Source of the DNA: the human T2T-CHM13v2.0 reference genome, Homo sapiens
Strand: one strand, 5' to 3'
Assembly: GCF_009914755.1 (NCBI RefSeq)
Contig: NC_060947.1
DNA: 64,000 nucleotides
Made by a program: the position numbers and the translations under genes
In this document: piece after piece, positions 13,835-27,774 of the stretch
Layout of the letters: every line of letters starts with the position of its first letter
How positions within the stretch are numbered: position 1 is the first letter of the stretch
Notes under the pieces: model-generated
Database searches by the model: none
Seen by the model: only the letters and a program-made list of their open reading frames with translations
What the model was told of the DNA's origin: nothing

Positions 13835-16234
13835 CAAGCATACCTTGTTTTATTGTGCTTCACTTTATTTTGCTTCCCTTTATTGTACTTTCCAGATACT
13901 GCATCTTTTACAAATTGAAGGTTTGTGTCAACCCTGCATTGAGCAAGAGTATTAATGCCATCATTTTTTCCAATAGCCTGTGCTCATTTTGTGTCTCTGT
14001 GTCACATTTTGGTAGTTCTTGTAATTTTTCAAACTTCTTCACTCTTATTATATCTATTATAGTGACCTGTGTGATCAGTGATTTATGTTCTTACCATTGT
14101 AATTATTTGGGGCACCAAAAAAATATGCCCATTTAAGATGTCAAACAATTGACAAACATTGTATGTGTTCTGATTGCTTCACCAACCAGCCATTTTTCCA
14201 TCTCTCTCCCTTTCCTTAAGCCTCCCTATTCCCTGAGGCACAAGAATATTGAAATTAGGCCAATTAATAATCCTACAATGGTTTCCAAGTGTTCAGCTGA
14301 AAGAGTGACACATCTCTCAATTTAAATCAAAACCTAGAAATGATTGAGCTTAGTTAGACATGACAAAAGCTGAGATAAGCTGAAACTAAGCCTTTTGCAA
14401 CAAACAGCCAAATTCTGAATGCAAAGGAGAAGTTATTGAAAGAAAATAAAAGTACTACTCTAGTGAACACATGAATGATAAAAAAGAGAAACAGCCTTAT
14501 TGCTGATATGGAGAAAGTTTTAATGGTCTAGATAGAAGATAAAATCAGACACAACATTCTCTTCAACCAAAGCCTAATCCAAAGCAAGGCCCTAACTCTC
14601 TTCAATTATTTGAAGGCTGGGAGAGATGAGGAAGATCTGAAAAAAAAAAAAGCCTGAAGCCAGCAGAAGTTGGTTCATGAGGCTGAAGGAAATAAGCTGT
14701 CTTATAACATAAAAGTGCAAGGTGAAGCAGGAAGTACTGATGGAGAAGCTGAAACAAGTTATCCAGTAGATCTAACTACGATCATTGATGAAGTTGGCTA
14801 CACTAAGCAACAGATTTTCAATGTAAATAAAATAATCATCTATTGGAAGAAGATACATCTAGGGCTTTGATAGCCAGAGAGGAGAAGCCAATGTTTGGCT
14901 TCAAAGCTTCAAGGTCTCAGGCTAATTCTCTTATTGGGGCTAATGTAGCTGGTACCTTTAAGTTGAAACCAATGCTCATTTACCGTTCTGAAAATTCTAG
15001 GGCTCTTAAGAATTATGCTAAATTGACTTTCCCTGTGCCTTATAGATGAACTAATGAAGTCTTGTTGACAACACATCTGTTTACAGTAGGATTTACTACA
15101 TATTTTAAGTCTACTGTTGAGACCTACTGTGCAGAAAAAAAAGATTCTTTTCAAAATATCACTGTGTCTTGACAATGCATCTAGTCACCCAAGAGCTCTG
15201 GTGGAGATGTACAAGAAGGTTCATGTTATTTTCATGCCTGCTAACACAACGTACATTCTGCAGCCCACAGATCAAGGAATGATTTTGACTTTCAAGTCTT
15301 CTTATTTAAGAAATACCTTTTGTAAGTCCATACCTGCCATAAATAGTGATTCCTCTGATAGCTGTATCTGAGGAAAGTAAATTGAAAAGCTTCTGGAAAA
15401 GATTCACCATTTACATGCCATTAAGAACATTTATGGCATTAACAGGAGTTTGGAAGTAGTTGATTCCAAACCTCATGGGTGACTTTGAGAGGTTCAAGAC
15501 TTCAGTGGAAGAAGTAACTGCAGATGTGGTGGAAGTAAGAAGATAACTAGAATAAGAAGTGGAGACTGAAGATGTGACTCTATTGCTGAAATCTCATGAT
15601 AAAACTTGAAAGGATGAGGAATTGCCTCTTATGGATGAGCAAAGAAAATAGTTTCTTGAGATGGAAACTACTCCTGGTGAAGACGCTGTGAACATTGTTG
15701 AAATAACCATAAAGTATTTAGAATATTACATAAAAATAGTTGATAAAGCAGCAGCATGACTTGAGAGAATTGCCTACAATTTTGAAAAAAAAAATACTGT
15801 GGGTAAAATCCTATCAAACAGCAATGAATGCTACAGAGAACTCTTTTGTGAAAATAAAAGTCCATTGTGCAGCAAACTTCACTGGTGTTGTATTTTAAGA
15901 AATTACCACAGCCACCTCATCCTTCAGCAACCACCACCATGATCAGTCGGCAGCCAGCAGCATGAAAACAAGACCCTCCACCAGCAAAAAGATTATGATT
16001 GCTGAAGGCTCAGATGATTGTTAGCATTGTTTAGTAAGAAATAATTTTTTAATTAAGGTACGTACATTGTTTTTTTAGGCCTAATGCTATTGTATACCTA
16101 ATAGACTACAGTATAGTATAAACATAACTTTCACATGCACAGGGAAACAAACAGTTTGTCACTAACCTTATTGCACTATTTGCTTTATGGTGGTAGTCTG
16201 GAACTGAACTTGCAATATCTCCAAGGTATTCCTG
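13835..16234 (+). mobile_element. Tigger1 DNA transposon, full length (~2.4 kb), decayed pogo-like transposase
   Basis: TIRs CAAGCATACCTT / AAGGTATTCCTG followed by TA; transposase remnants in ORFs 14670, 14843, 15117 (FKLKPMLIY, LDNASSHP, FMPANTTYILQPTDQG). Confidence 0.95.
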
Positions 16235-18061
16235 TACAAGTATGGTGGGTTTTATTTCTGTAAGAGAGATTTCCTGAAATGGAATTGTCATGTTAAAGGA
16301 TATGCAAATTTTTAATTTTAATAGGTATTACAAAATTGTTTCCAGAAAGATAATAGTACTTTATATTTGAACAGCAATTTATCAGTGTTCTTTCCTCTGC
16401 ATTATCACCAGGAAAGAATGTTAGCACTATTATTTTCTTTTCACAATCAAATGTGTGCAAAATGCTATCTCGCTGTTACTGTAATTTGCAGTATCTTGAC
16501 TACTAACATGCAATAAACTTCAGAAAACATTTATGTTAACACAGTTGTTGAAAGGTTATTTATTAAGATGATTAAGGACAAGTCAGGAGAAATTCTCAAT
16601 TGATGTTGACAAGAAAACTGCTTGTCATTTAGTTGTCGATGTAAAACATGCACATAAGTCCAAGATTTGGACTTTTAGTAAAAAGCCATAACAAAATTAC
16701 ACATAAAGTGTATTTAATAGAAGTATGGAGAAAGTTTTATCTGGCTTTGGAGATCAGGAAGGGTTCCTAAATGAAGTGATAGATGCAATGACATTTCTTA
16801 ATCCCATGCATATTTTAGAGCATATTTTATGTATCAATCTTATCTTCAGCTCTATTTTGCCTAAGTTATCAGAGGTAAGAATTAGGGGAAACAATATATG
16901 CCTGGTGGGTGAGTGGGAAAAGATAGACTTAATAGAAATTTCACCAAAAAATAGTGCATACAGATGATGGAGATAATTAGGTGTTTCAGTAGTATAGGAA
17001 TTGGTCTTTGGGGATCAGGCTCAGAAAAAAAAATATGTCATTTCCTATTTTTCCACCAAACACTGAGAGCTTTCCTTTAGAGGTAGTGAGGTGATTAACT
17101 GATTCTGAGTTTTTTCTCATTCTCAACTTTGTTGAGTTGTTGGTGTTAAGTTATGTTACAGTCACAGGGCACCAAATTGTCCATGAACCAGCACTGTTAA
17201 ATTTATAATCCTAGACAGTTAATCCTAGGAGAGAGAAAAATATTGGAAAAACCAAAGCTTAAAAATCAAAAATACATTGAAGACTTCCATGTCTGCAAAT
17301 ATTCACATATTTTTCAAAGCTTATAATGAGCAGTTGACACTTGGGATTTCTTCCTATATATCTTAGATGGAGTTATATTCCTTGGCTAACCAAAATTCTT
17401 TCCTGATTCATTAATACACCAACAAAATCACTTCATGCTTAGTTTACACGATTTCATGTTTTAAAAACTACAATACACATATTCATTGTAGAATCAACTA
17501 AAAATCACTCAGTGTATGTGGAGATAATTTCCATATGATAAGGGAAATGAAAATGGCAATAACCTTATCTCCATTCCTCCAGGGAAGGAAATTGAATATA
17601 ACATTTTAACCTTAAAAAAGACACATAGATTGAAAGCTTAGAAAAAAGCCAGTGATAGCTTTGGACAGTGGCAATACGTTGCCCAAATCAACCACTAGAA
17701 CATGCACCAAAATTGTGCCTTCCTCTATTTTTATTACTTGATTAAACTACACAATCTTAGGATCACCAGAGTTTGATGACTAAAATTTTAAAGTATTAGC
17801 ATGAATTTTTCCTTTCATTTTTAAATTGTGTAATGTCAATTTTAAATGCAAAGCATTTAACTTGTATGCAAAAATCACTAAAATTACACAATTAGTACTT
17901 TGTGGCTTTTCCCCGGAGGGCACCTAGGGTTGGCCAAAAGAAAACAACATGAGCCAGACTTAAATGTTAGAAGGAGAAAGAGAGAATAGACCTAGGCCCG
18001 AAGCTAGCCAAGGGAGTGCTCCTGAGCACTAGGAAACTAGCAAGATGAATGCATACCCTTT

Positions 18062-18488
18062 TGTATTAGTCTGTTCTTAACACTGCTATAAAGTAATACA
18101 TGAGACTGTGTAATTTATAAAGAGGTTTAAGTGGTTCATGGTTCCGCAGGCTGCACAAGAAGCATGATGCTGGCATCTGCTCAGCTTCTGGGAAGGCCTC
18201 AGGAAACTCTGACCCATGGCAGAAGGTGAAGGGGAAGCAGGCACGTCTTATATGGCAGAGCAGGAGCAAGAGAGTGAGGGGAGAGGTGCTGCATACTTTT
18301 AAAACAACTAGATCTGAAGATAACTAACTCACTCACTATCACAAGAATAGCACTGAGGGGATGGTGCTAATCCATTGGTAAGAACTCCACCCCCATGATC
18401 CAATCACCTCCCATCAGGCCCCACCTCCAATATTGGGATTATAATTCAACATGATATTCAGGTGGGGACACATATCCAAACCATATCA
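18062..18488 (-). mobile_element. MSTB-like solo LTR
   Basis: TGTATTAG...CCAAACCATATCA termini; CCCTT on both flanks. Confidence 0.9.
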
Positions 18489-19084
18489 CCCTTGAAAGTA
18501 TGCAGAGGCCTTACTTCATGATATGAGGCATGCTCAGACCTTACTGTCATTGGACTGCCCTGCCCACCAGCTACTAGACCTGTACATTGCACCCCAGAAG
18601 AAGGAGAGGTCTGAGGAAGTTAACTTAGGTATTTTACCAATCCACAGCAAACAAGTGACTTCCAAAGATACTTAAACCTTTCCACTGAAGTGCGCTCGAT
18701 ACTTGAATTGTAGGTGGGTGGGCAAAAGACTCACCTCAACCAAGAGGCAGATTAAGGCTGGCCATCCACTAGACAGTCATTTGTGCTGCCAGCCTAGCCT
18801 GGGGATGGCTGCTGCCACCATGCCTCATGCTAAGATGTCATGGGGCATGCATGCCCAACTTCAACTCTCCCTGCCCTTTCACCCAGGCTTCTGCAGGGGC
18901 CTGGGGGTAGCAGAGCCCAGGGAAGAAGGAATAATAGGCAGGGCACAGAGTTTCAGAGAGTGAGAGGGTGGCCAAGAACTGAACCTGTCTGGGGAAGGTG
19001 GCAGGAGGTAAGACTGCATGTGAGCCAACACTCCGAGCCTCCAGTGCATGTCCCATTTGGCTTAACTCAAAAAGCAGAATTGTA

Positions 19085-19208
19085 AAGATAAACTCATTTA
19101 TAATATTTAAGACAGCAACTACAGAATATTAAGCCCCAGGTGCAGGGCTTTCTGAATGTAAGATCCTCTACAACTGCACTGATCACATGGCTATGAAGCT
19201 GGTTCTTG
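19085..19208 (-). mobile_element. MER91A-like fragment
   Basis: Diverged homolog of 12780-12908 (GCAACTACAGA...TTCTGA...ATGAAGC). Confidence 0.55.
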
Positions 19209-20029
19209 CAGCAGGACTATGGAAGGTACATGTAACAGGGTGAGTAGGGTTGAAGAATGGACCCAGTTGTGGGCTACTGTAATAGTTTGAGGGACAGAAC
19301 TGGGACGTGAGCAGTGCCAATGTGCATGAAAGGAAGAACGCCATTGGTGGGCTGTGGATAGAAATATTTGGAGACACAAAGATGAGAATATGCCAGTAAG
19401 TAGGTGGGGCAATGAGAAAGTTGAATGGCTCAGGAAAGTCAAAGGCAGTGTTTTCTTGGGTCAATAAATGTGACCCAGTAGCTTCTTCAGGATACCACAC
19501 TAGCAGAGTCCAGTACTGTAAGATGAAAGGCAAAATGAAGTGAAAATGAGGTTAGAACGCTTTAGAACAAGAGGAGTACTTCTCAAAGGCATTCACTCTC
19601 TCACCTCTACTCTCTCTTATAGGTCTTCCCTTTTCCCTCTTTCAGTATAGCTACAGTCTCCATATACCATACTACTGGGAATGTATATGTAGTTCTATGG
19701 TTTGCTCAGTCATTTTGTGCTGAGCTATGGAAGATAGTCCAGCTACCTGTTTATACTTTGGTATCATCCTTGGGCTATTTGCACATGTATGTTGATACAG
19801 CCACTTCTATCTATATAATGAAACTTTTTAAGGACTCATTTTAGAAAAGACTCTCTTTGTCTTTCCCTCCTTTACCTATACCTCCAAAGTTCCTGGTTTT
19901 TATTCCTTTTTTGTGTGTGACTCCAAAGCTAAGGAGAAGATAAACCACAGCAGTATTTACCAAAGTTCTTTTTCTTTTTCTCTATCCCGTTTCCTCCTCT
20001 AGAGTCACATTTCAGCTGCTCAGAAACTT

Positions 20030-23000
20030 TTCTGTTAAAGTTGTTGATGTATAATTTATACATGATTATAAGTATATAGTTTTATAAATTTAGACAAATG
20101 TATACACCATGTAACATTACACAATTATAAATATAGAACATTTCCACTACCCAGAAGGTTCCCTTATGTATTTGCCTGTATCCCCCACCCTTCCATCTTA
20201 CATAACCACTGATTTCTATTAACTAAAGATTAGATCTGCCAGTTCTAAATTTCATAAAAATAGAATCACACAGTATGTACTATTGTGTCTGGCTTCTTTT
20301 GCTTAAGATAGAGATTTTGATATTTACTTTTTTATCACTGAGTAATATTCCATTATAAGGGTACATGGCCAGGTGTGGTGGCTCATACCTATAGTCCCAG
20401 CACTTTGGGAGGCTGAGGTGGGAGGATGGCTTGAGCCCTGAAGTTCAAAACCAGCCTGGGCAACAAAGCAAGATCCCATGTCTACAAAAAATACAAAAAG
20501 AAAGAGTATGCAACTAATTTATTCATTCACTCATTGGTTGACATTGTTTCCAAGTTATTGGCTATTATGAATAAAGCTGCAATGAACATTCATTTAAAAA
20601 TATTTGCATGGACATGTGTTTTTGTTTCTTTTGGATAAATGCCTAGGAGTAGAGTAGCTATGTAATTAGGTAAATGTATATTTAAATTTATATGAAACTG
20701 CTAAACTGTTTTCCAAGGTGATTGTACCATTTTACACTCTAACCAGCACATATGATTGATCCAGTTGCTTCACGTCTTTGACATTTGGGTTGTCAATGTT
20801 TTCCACTTTAGCCAATTAAATTAGTAAGAAGTGTTATACCAGAGAGTTTTTTTTATTTCCTCCTTCTGGATGACTGATAATGTTAAAAATATTTTCATGT
20901 GCTTTTTGTCCTTTCATAAAGTATCTGCTCAAATATTTCATCCATTTTAATTGGATTATCTTACTATTTAATTACTAGAGTTTTTATGTGTTCTGGACAA
21001 AAGTCTATTATCAGATATATGTATAGTAAATATTTTCTTCTAATAGGTAGCTTGACTGTTCATTTCCTTAACTGTGTCTTTTGAGAAGCAGACCTTTTAC
21101 ATTTTGATGAAGGCCAACTTAGCATTTTTACTTTTGTATGATTTCTCTAAGGGTAACAAAGTGCATCCTTAACTTATTAAAGTTTATTTACAGTCAATAT
21201 CGTACCTCTTCATATCTGACCCTTCATATTCTCACTTTCCAATTCTCATTTAACACCTGACACATCCCACTTCCCTCTCCACTTCACAAATACAATATTC
21301 TTACAACAGTTTAATTACACTTACTCACCTCTTAACATTTGTTTTATTGTTGGCATATTTATTACTTCCACACACATTGCAAAGCTCATCTTGCAGTGGT
21401 ATTATTTTTACTTGAATCAGTCAGTTGTCTTTAATTGAAGACATTATGAGAAGAAAAATAAAACCTAGTATTTTATATTTACCCACTTATTTATAATTTC
21501 TGATATTCTTATTTCCTTTATGTAGATCCTATTTTCTATCTGGTATCATTTCTCTTTAACCTGATGAGACTCTGTTAGCGTTCATTTTATTGCAAGTCTG
21601 CTGATAAAAAAATTATCAGTTTTATTTATCTGAACATATATTTTACCATCATACTTGAAAAATATTTTTGTTGGATATGGACATACTAACAGGTTTTATT
21701 TTTTCCCTTTAAGTACTTTACAGATGGTATATGCATCTTAAAGAGTAGTCTTCTGGCCTACACTGTTTATGATAGGAAGCCAGCATCTATTATTACAATT
21801 GTTTCTGGTATGTAATGGTGTTTTATATTATGACTGCCTTCAAGATTTTCTCTTTATTTTTGGCTCAGCAATTTGATTATGATGCGATGAATTTTGGCTT
21901 ATTTTTGGTTGTTTACTTTTTTTTTTTTTGAGCAAATTGGATTAATAAGTCAATATTTTCCATCATATTGGGGAAATTTTTGACCATCACTTCTCCAATT
22001 TTTTCTGCTCTATTATTAGCCTCTTCTATTTCTGAGATTCTGATTACAAATATCGTGTATCTTTCAATGTCATTCCACAAGTCTCTGAGGCTCTGCTCAT
22101 TTTTACCTATCTTTAGCCTTCATCTTTTCAGATAGAATATCTGTTGTTCCATCTTTGAGATTACCGACTCGTTAGTCTGCAATCTTCAATCTGAAATCTG
22201 ATGTTAAACCCATGTATTGAATTATTTATTTCAGTTATTGTACTTTTCACTCTTAGAAATTCCATTTTTTACATTTTTGCTTTTACTGTTAATATTCCTT
22301 GTCTCTTGACTCATTAAGATCATGTATTCCTTTAATTATTTTAACACATTTTCATTTAGTTCTTTGAACATTTTTATAATAGCTGCTTTAAAGTCTTTGT
22401 CTGCCAAATCCAAAGTCTGGATCACCAATGGGTCAGTTTCTATAAACTTTTATTTCATTTGACTATGTGTCACATTTTCCTATTTTTTTTCATGTGTACT
22501 ATTTTTTTAAAATTGTACTTGACATTGTTGATGATATATTTTAAACACTTTAGATTGTGTAATCTTTACCTGGAAAGTGTTTATTTCTTCTTAATTACTA
22601 GCCAATCATCTTCAACTTGGGTTAGATTAGGTTTACATTTTGGAAGGTAAGATCTATGGAAATTCCAGTGTTTTCCCAGATCCTCCTACTTAATGAAACT
22701 CAACTTCCAACCTTTGTATCCCTCGAAAATTTTGTCAGGGTTTGGTTTTAGTCTTCATTAAAGTAGATCTAGAGTCAGCCATATTGTGGTTCTTAATCTT
22801 AAGGCGCATCCTTTCTGGTGTCTCCGTTGGGTGGTATAGATATGTTAATGAAAGCTTTATACTCTAGCTAGGTCAGACTTAATATTTCCCAGTGCTCATT
22901 GAACTCTAGACTCTCTTCCTTTCTCAAATTCATAGTAGCTTCTCTCTAGTAAGCATCAAGCACTCTCACCCAACACTTGCAGAGGCCAGCCAAGAAATCA

Positions 23001-23310
23001 CGCAGTACATTTCCTCAGAGTTTTGGGTGCCTTCTCTACGTGCAGCTCCTTTCTCTTCAGTATTCTGTCCTGCAGATTCCAGCCATTTCAGCTTCCCTGA
23101 ACTCTCACTTCTGCTTCCTCAGTTCAATGACATTTCTATGCCCTGCTTGATTCCAGTCCTTTGCACCATGCTTGAGATATTGTCCTCAAGCGAAGAGCTA
23201 TCTGTTTTTTAAACTCTGTGAACTGTTTCTTTATATATTTTGTACAGTTTTATGGTTGCTTATGATGGGGAGGCAAATCTAATACCACTTACTCTATCAT
23301 GGTTAAAAAC
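20030..23310 (-). mobile_element. Old L1M fragments (3' end/ORF2, then ORF1-side sequence)
   Basis: T-rich antisense L1 motifs (GGCTATTATGAATAAAGCTGC, TTCAAGATTTTCTCTTTAT, TTTATAATAGCTGCTTTAAAGTC); boundaries approximate. Confidence 0.7.
20367..20503 (+). mobile_element. FLAM / Alu left monomer
   Basis: GGCCAGGTGTGGTGGCTCATACC...GGAGGATGGCTTGAGCCC, monomer only. Confidence 0.85.
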
Positions 23311-26300
23311 CTAATTATTTTTTTCAACTCCACTCTCACTGTTGATTGCTTGTAATCACCATGCCCCTGGCTAGAATCATGGGGTGTAATCCTGGCCTTT
23401 TAAGTCATTCATTTTTAATATACTTATTATCACTTAAGAAAATTACATTTATAAGATCAGAATTAGTGAATTGTTAGTAAGGAAACAGTGTTAGTTATAC
23501 TAAATATAGCACCATGAAAGGTTTATCATTTGCATTGCCATTTCAAGAGTTATTTTTAAGATTGGTTACTTGTTATTCAGTGTGCCTCCCATTTCCCTTT
23601 ACATCAATGAGCTTTCTATTTTTTCATAAAGTTAATGCTTATTGAACTTTTACTGTGATACACACACACACACACACATACACACAGATTTTACTGTGTA
23701 CTGTGAATACAGAAATCAAATGCAGTCCCTCATGAAATTTATCGTCTAGTGAGAGAGGCAGACAAATAAACAAATAATTAATACAATGCCCAAGTTGTTG
23801 AGATATATAGTACACCTGGGAAACTGACAAATAGGGATGTGTTGATATCTTTATTACTGATCTGTTATAAATTATCTATTAATTAGATTATTATTCGACA
23901 TCTTGTTTTTCCATCAGCTCATGCTAAAACTTTTGCCTCATTCAAAAATCCTCCTTGGTATTACTGGACCATCTACAAAATTAGTCCCTTTAACTGTTGG
24001 TACTTGGGGTAATACAATGTAAACTTTTTCAGATATAGTGCTTTAGACTCAAATATAAATTAACTGAGTTTAAGTAGGTGTTTTGATCAGACCTTATAAA
24101 TATTCAATTACCTTAGTAAAAAACTGAAATACAATTTTATTGCTTCTTTTCCTATGTAGAAAAAATAAGTCATTTAAATGTTCAATAGACAGTACTTTTT
24201 ATGATTAACCCACAATTTAATATACTATAGTCGGCTGCTACCAAACGTATGGTGAGACTGAAGGGATTGAGGAAAAGCACATAAAACACCTAGACCCCTC
24301 TTTATTGAAAGGCTAAGGGTTGGAAAATAATTTTATTTGATAGGCTAAGTGTTGACCTATAAAAGGAGAAAATAGGCCAGGGAAGAAAGGATAAGCCTGG
24401 TGGAAAGAAGTTAAAGTATGGTTGCTTTGGAGTTATAAAACTCCTAAACCTGATCAAAGAGAGGGAGGCCAAAGGGGTTCTTTCATGTGCTCGAAAGGAT
24501 GTTTCAGAACATCCTCATGAAAAATAAGCAATGATTTCTACTTAACTGCGAACTGGATTTCCCAGACTTTTTCTGTTCTTTTATTCCAACATTGGTAGTT
24601 TAATCAGGTTTATGAAGAGAGAGAGGAGCTTGTTAAAAATCCTGCTTTGGCTTTTCTCCTTTTTCTTCTTTCTTGCACACAGTTCAAAATCAACCAATAC
24701 ATGAAAAACCTACATGGTACTATCTCAGCTCATTAATGTGAAGGGAAATGGGAAGTATACTGAATAACGAATAAGTAACCAATCTTAGAAATAACTGCTA
24801 ATTGATGAAGTATTAAACAGCAGTGCAAATGATGGACCTTTCATGGTGCTATATTTAGTATGATTGAAATTCATCCATAAAAACTTCATTTTAGAGGAGA
24901 TGGGAAAATTGAGCTTTTGATTAGTAAAAAGTGGACTTTCAAAAATGAAGAGGAAATATATGCAATATACCTAAAGATGGTAGGACTAAAATCTTAGTGA
25001 CAGTGTATTTGTTTCACTTGTTTTTCTGAATTTTTAGCTCAGAGCAGTCAAGTTCTCAATGCATTGAACAGAAAAATTGCATTAGCTCAGTAGCAAAAAT
25101 TTAGCCTCAGTGAAAAAAAATTACTGATAGTTTCTTGGTCCATGTGGGATGGGGTAACAGAAGATGGAAAGGTCTTTTCCATTTTGATGGCTAAATTTCA
25201 ATGTAAACAAAATTAGTATATTAGTTTTTAGGCAGAGCTGCAAATATTTTCAGAAATAGTATGAGTGACTGCTTAACCAAAATTTCAAAGACTTTTTAGA
25301 TATAAATCACTGTATGGCCTTTTGTTCTGAGATTGATTCTGTGTGAAAACTTGTGACGTGGAGCCAAAATTCTTGGTTTCAAATCACATCTCTCCAATTT
25401 GTTGACTTAATCTCTCTGTGCCTCAGTTTATTCACTTTTTAAGTGGGCAGGGAATTATATCCTCCTTTCAATGTTGTAATAATTTAATGAAATTGTGTAT
25501 GTAATATGTCTAAGACAGCTTACAGCATAAAAGTAGGTGATGAGTACATGGCAGTTATGTTATTCACCAAAATGGAAACTCCACGAGGGCATAAACTGTG
25601 TGTTATTCATAATTTCATACCCAATATCTTTTTAAGTGCCAGGCACATGGTAAACACACAATAAACAAATAAATGTTAAATGAATAAATTCCAGTTCCAC
25701 ACTCTTTAAACATATATAGAAATTAGTCATATCAAGGATGGTTTTGGCTTTTGTTGATGAATTCTTATAGAAAGCAACCAATGTAGTCAACAAAACAGTC
25801 CCAAGTAGGTTACCTCTAGCTCTGCTCCTATGTAGTGTAGATGCTTGAATTATAAGGCCTAACCACTAGAAGGTAGAGAGCTAGCAATCTGGCTCTCTTA
25901 CAACATACCAGTTTCAAGAAATGAAAGGCATATGGTTTTGGTTTTAACATTTTGCTGTTTCTTTAAATTATTCCATCATATCAGTGACACATGATAATTT
26001 CCCCAATAGGCAGTGGGTCTCTAAAAACATTCTTCCTTGATACCATGATTTAATCTATGTTGGTTCAATACTACTGGATACAGCAGAAATATTCATTGAT
26101 TTTCATCTAATTTATCCTTTTTCTTTTGTTAAAGTGTTAACATGTCCCCTTGATCCTCATTGATATGATTTTAAAAGTACCCATAAATACATTTATACTG
26201 ATCTAATTCCTTGCACTTTTTGATCCTTTTCTTTGTTGAAATGAATCCTCTGGAAGTATACAAATGTAAATGAAAAATTCATAACTTACCAATAGTAAAA

Positions 26301-27098
26301 TAAATATCAAAATGAAGGGGAAAAGGATAACTGTAAGATGGTAATAAATTCTAATTGCACTGAGCTATAGCAAAGAGCTATTCTGAATGGGAGCAGAGAT
26401 AATCAGCAATCCTTCAGTACATGCACGTTGTGTGAGCAAGTGTACTCTGGCTATGCAATGAGAACCTGCCAGTTTTGAGCCTTTGAAGATTACTTTGGTG
26501 ATAACGTATGCATTTTGTCCAAAATTCATGGCATTCTTGTGAAAGTTATGAAAGGGTTTTCTTTTTGAGTATGCTTTCAAACCCTGTAATAAAATAAATA
26601 GTATTTCTGCTATATTTGCATATCTGTAACTTATTAACAAAAATGTGTGGTTATCTTTCTTATTATGAAATTAACCTCTTTTAATTGAGAGACTAAGTAT
26701 TGCAGTGGATAAAAAGACAGGTGTTAGAGTCAGGAAACAGGTTTGATTAGACCTCAAATCAGAATCTGTATCAGTTACATATGACCTTCAACAAATCCCT
26801 TTGTCTTTCTGTCACTCAATTTCTTCATCCATAAAATAGGAAAAAATAACACCCAGATAATACAACTCTAAATTGTTTTCTTAAGTGTTAAATTCTCTTT
26901 CTTTTCCATTTTCAATCTATTATACAAAATAAGAAACAGAGAGAGGGGAAAGTTTCAGATATTTTTGATCTTTAGGTATATAGACTTTATTTATTTATTT
27001 TTATTTTTTATGTTTTGCTATTTGAGTGAATATATTTTTTGGAATACTAATTTCAAGACATTACCATAGTTTAAAATTTCTTTTTTTTTCCATTGCTA

Positions 27099-27226
27099 TT
27101 TTTTTTATTATTATTATACTTTAAGTTTTAGGGTACATGTGCACAACGTGCAGGTTTGTTACATATGTATACTTGTGCCATGTTGGTGTGCTGCATCCAT
27201 TAACTCGTCATTTAGCATTAGGTATA
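27099..27226 (-). mobile_element. Short L1PA 3' end
   Basis: TTATTATACTTTAAGTTTTAGGGTACATGTGCACAACGTGCAGG...TTTAGCATTAGGTATA. Confidence 0.9.
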
Positions 27227-27774
27227 TTTATTTTATAAATTACCAGTAAATATAATTAATCACATTTCACTATAGAATAGTAAAAAAAATCCTGAGCATT
27301 TTCACTGCATTTTACAAAAAGAACAATACATTTACCTAAAACATTTGCCAAAATGATGAAATGTTCTTTTAGAGTACAATATAAGTAATATACTCAAGTA
27401 GCTTTCAGGGAGCAGAAAATCTAGCTGTGTCACTCGATTTAAAGAATTGTAGCTATATTATTTTAGATTAGAAGTCTGGTGGCTAGGACTGTCTCCTATC
27501 TTTCAAAGCTATGCAGTCTGTGTTTAAGGGCAGTGGAATGACTAATCTCATTTAGATAGGCACAAAGATGCCTGCCAATCAGTGACCCAAGCTTTTCTGC
27601 AGAACCAATACGATTGGAGAAACACCTTTTTCACTTCAGGCTGCATTAAGAACCAGAGGCAAATATGGAACTATTAAATGTATAAATGAGTTTAGAATTG
27701 GGGGAAAAAGGCAAAAATCAAAAAGGCAAAAAATAACTAGAAAATTGGTACCTCTTATTAATGCAAATAAGTTC

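Noticed and set aside
14670-15371. Transposase-like ORFs as a domesticated TIGD gene
   Set aside because: Split by stops and frameshifts; ordinary decayed Tigger1
12780-19208. Similarity between 12780-12908 and 19085-19208 as a local duplication
   Set aside because: Low identity; explained by two independent MER91A-like copies
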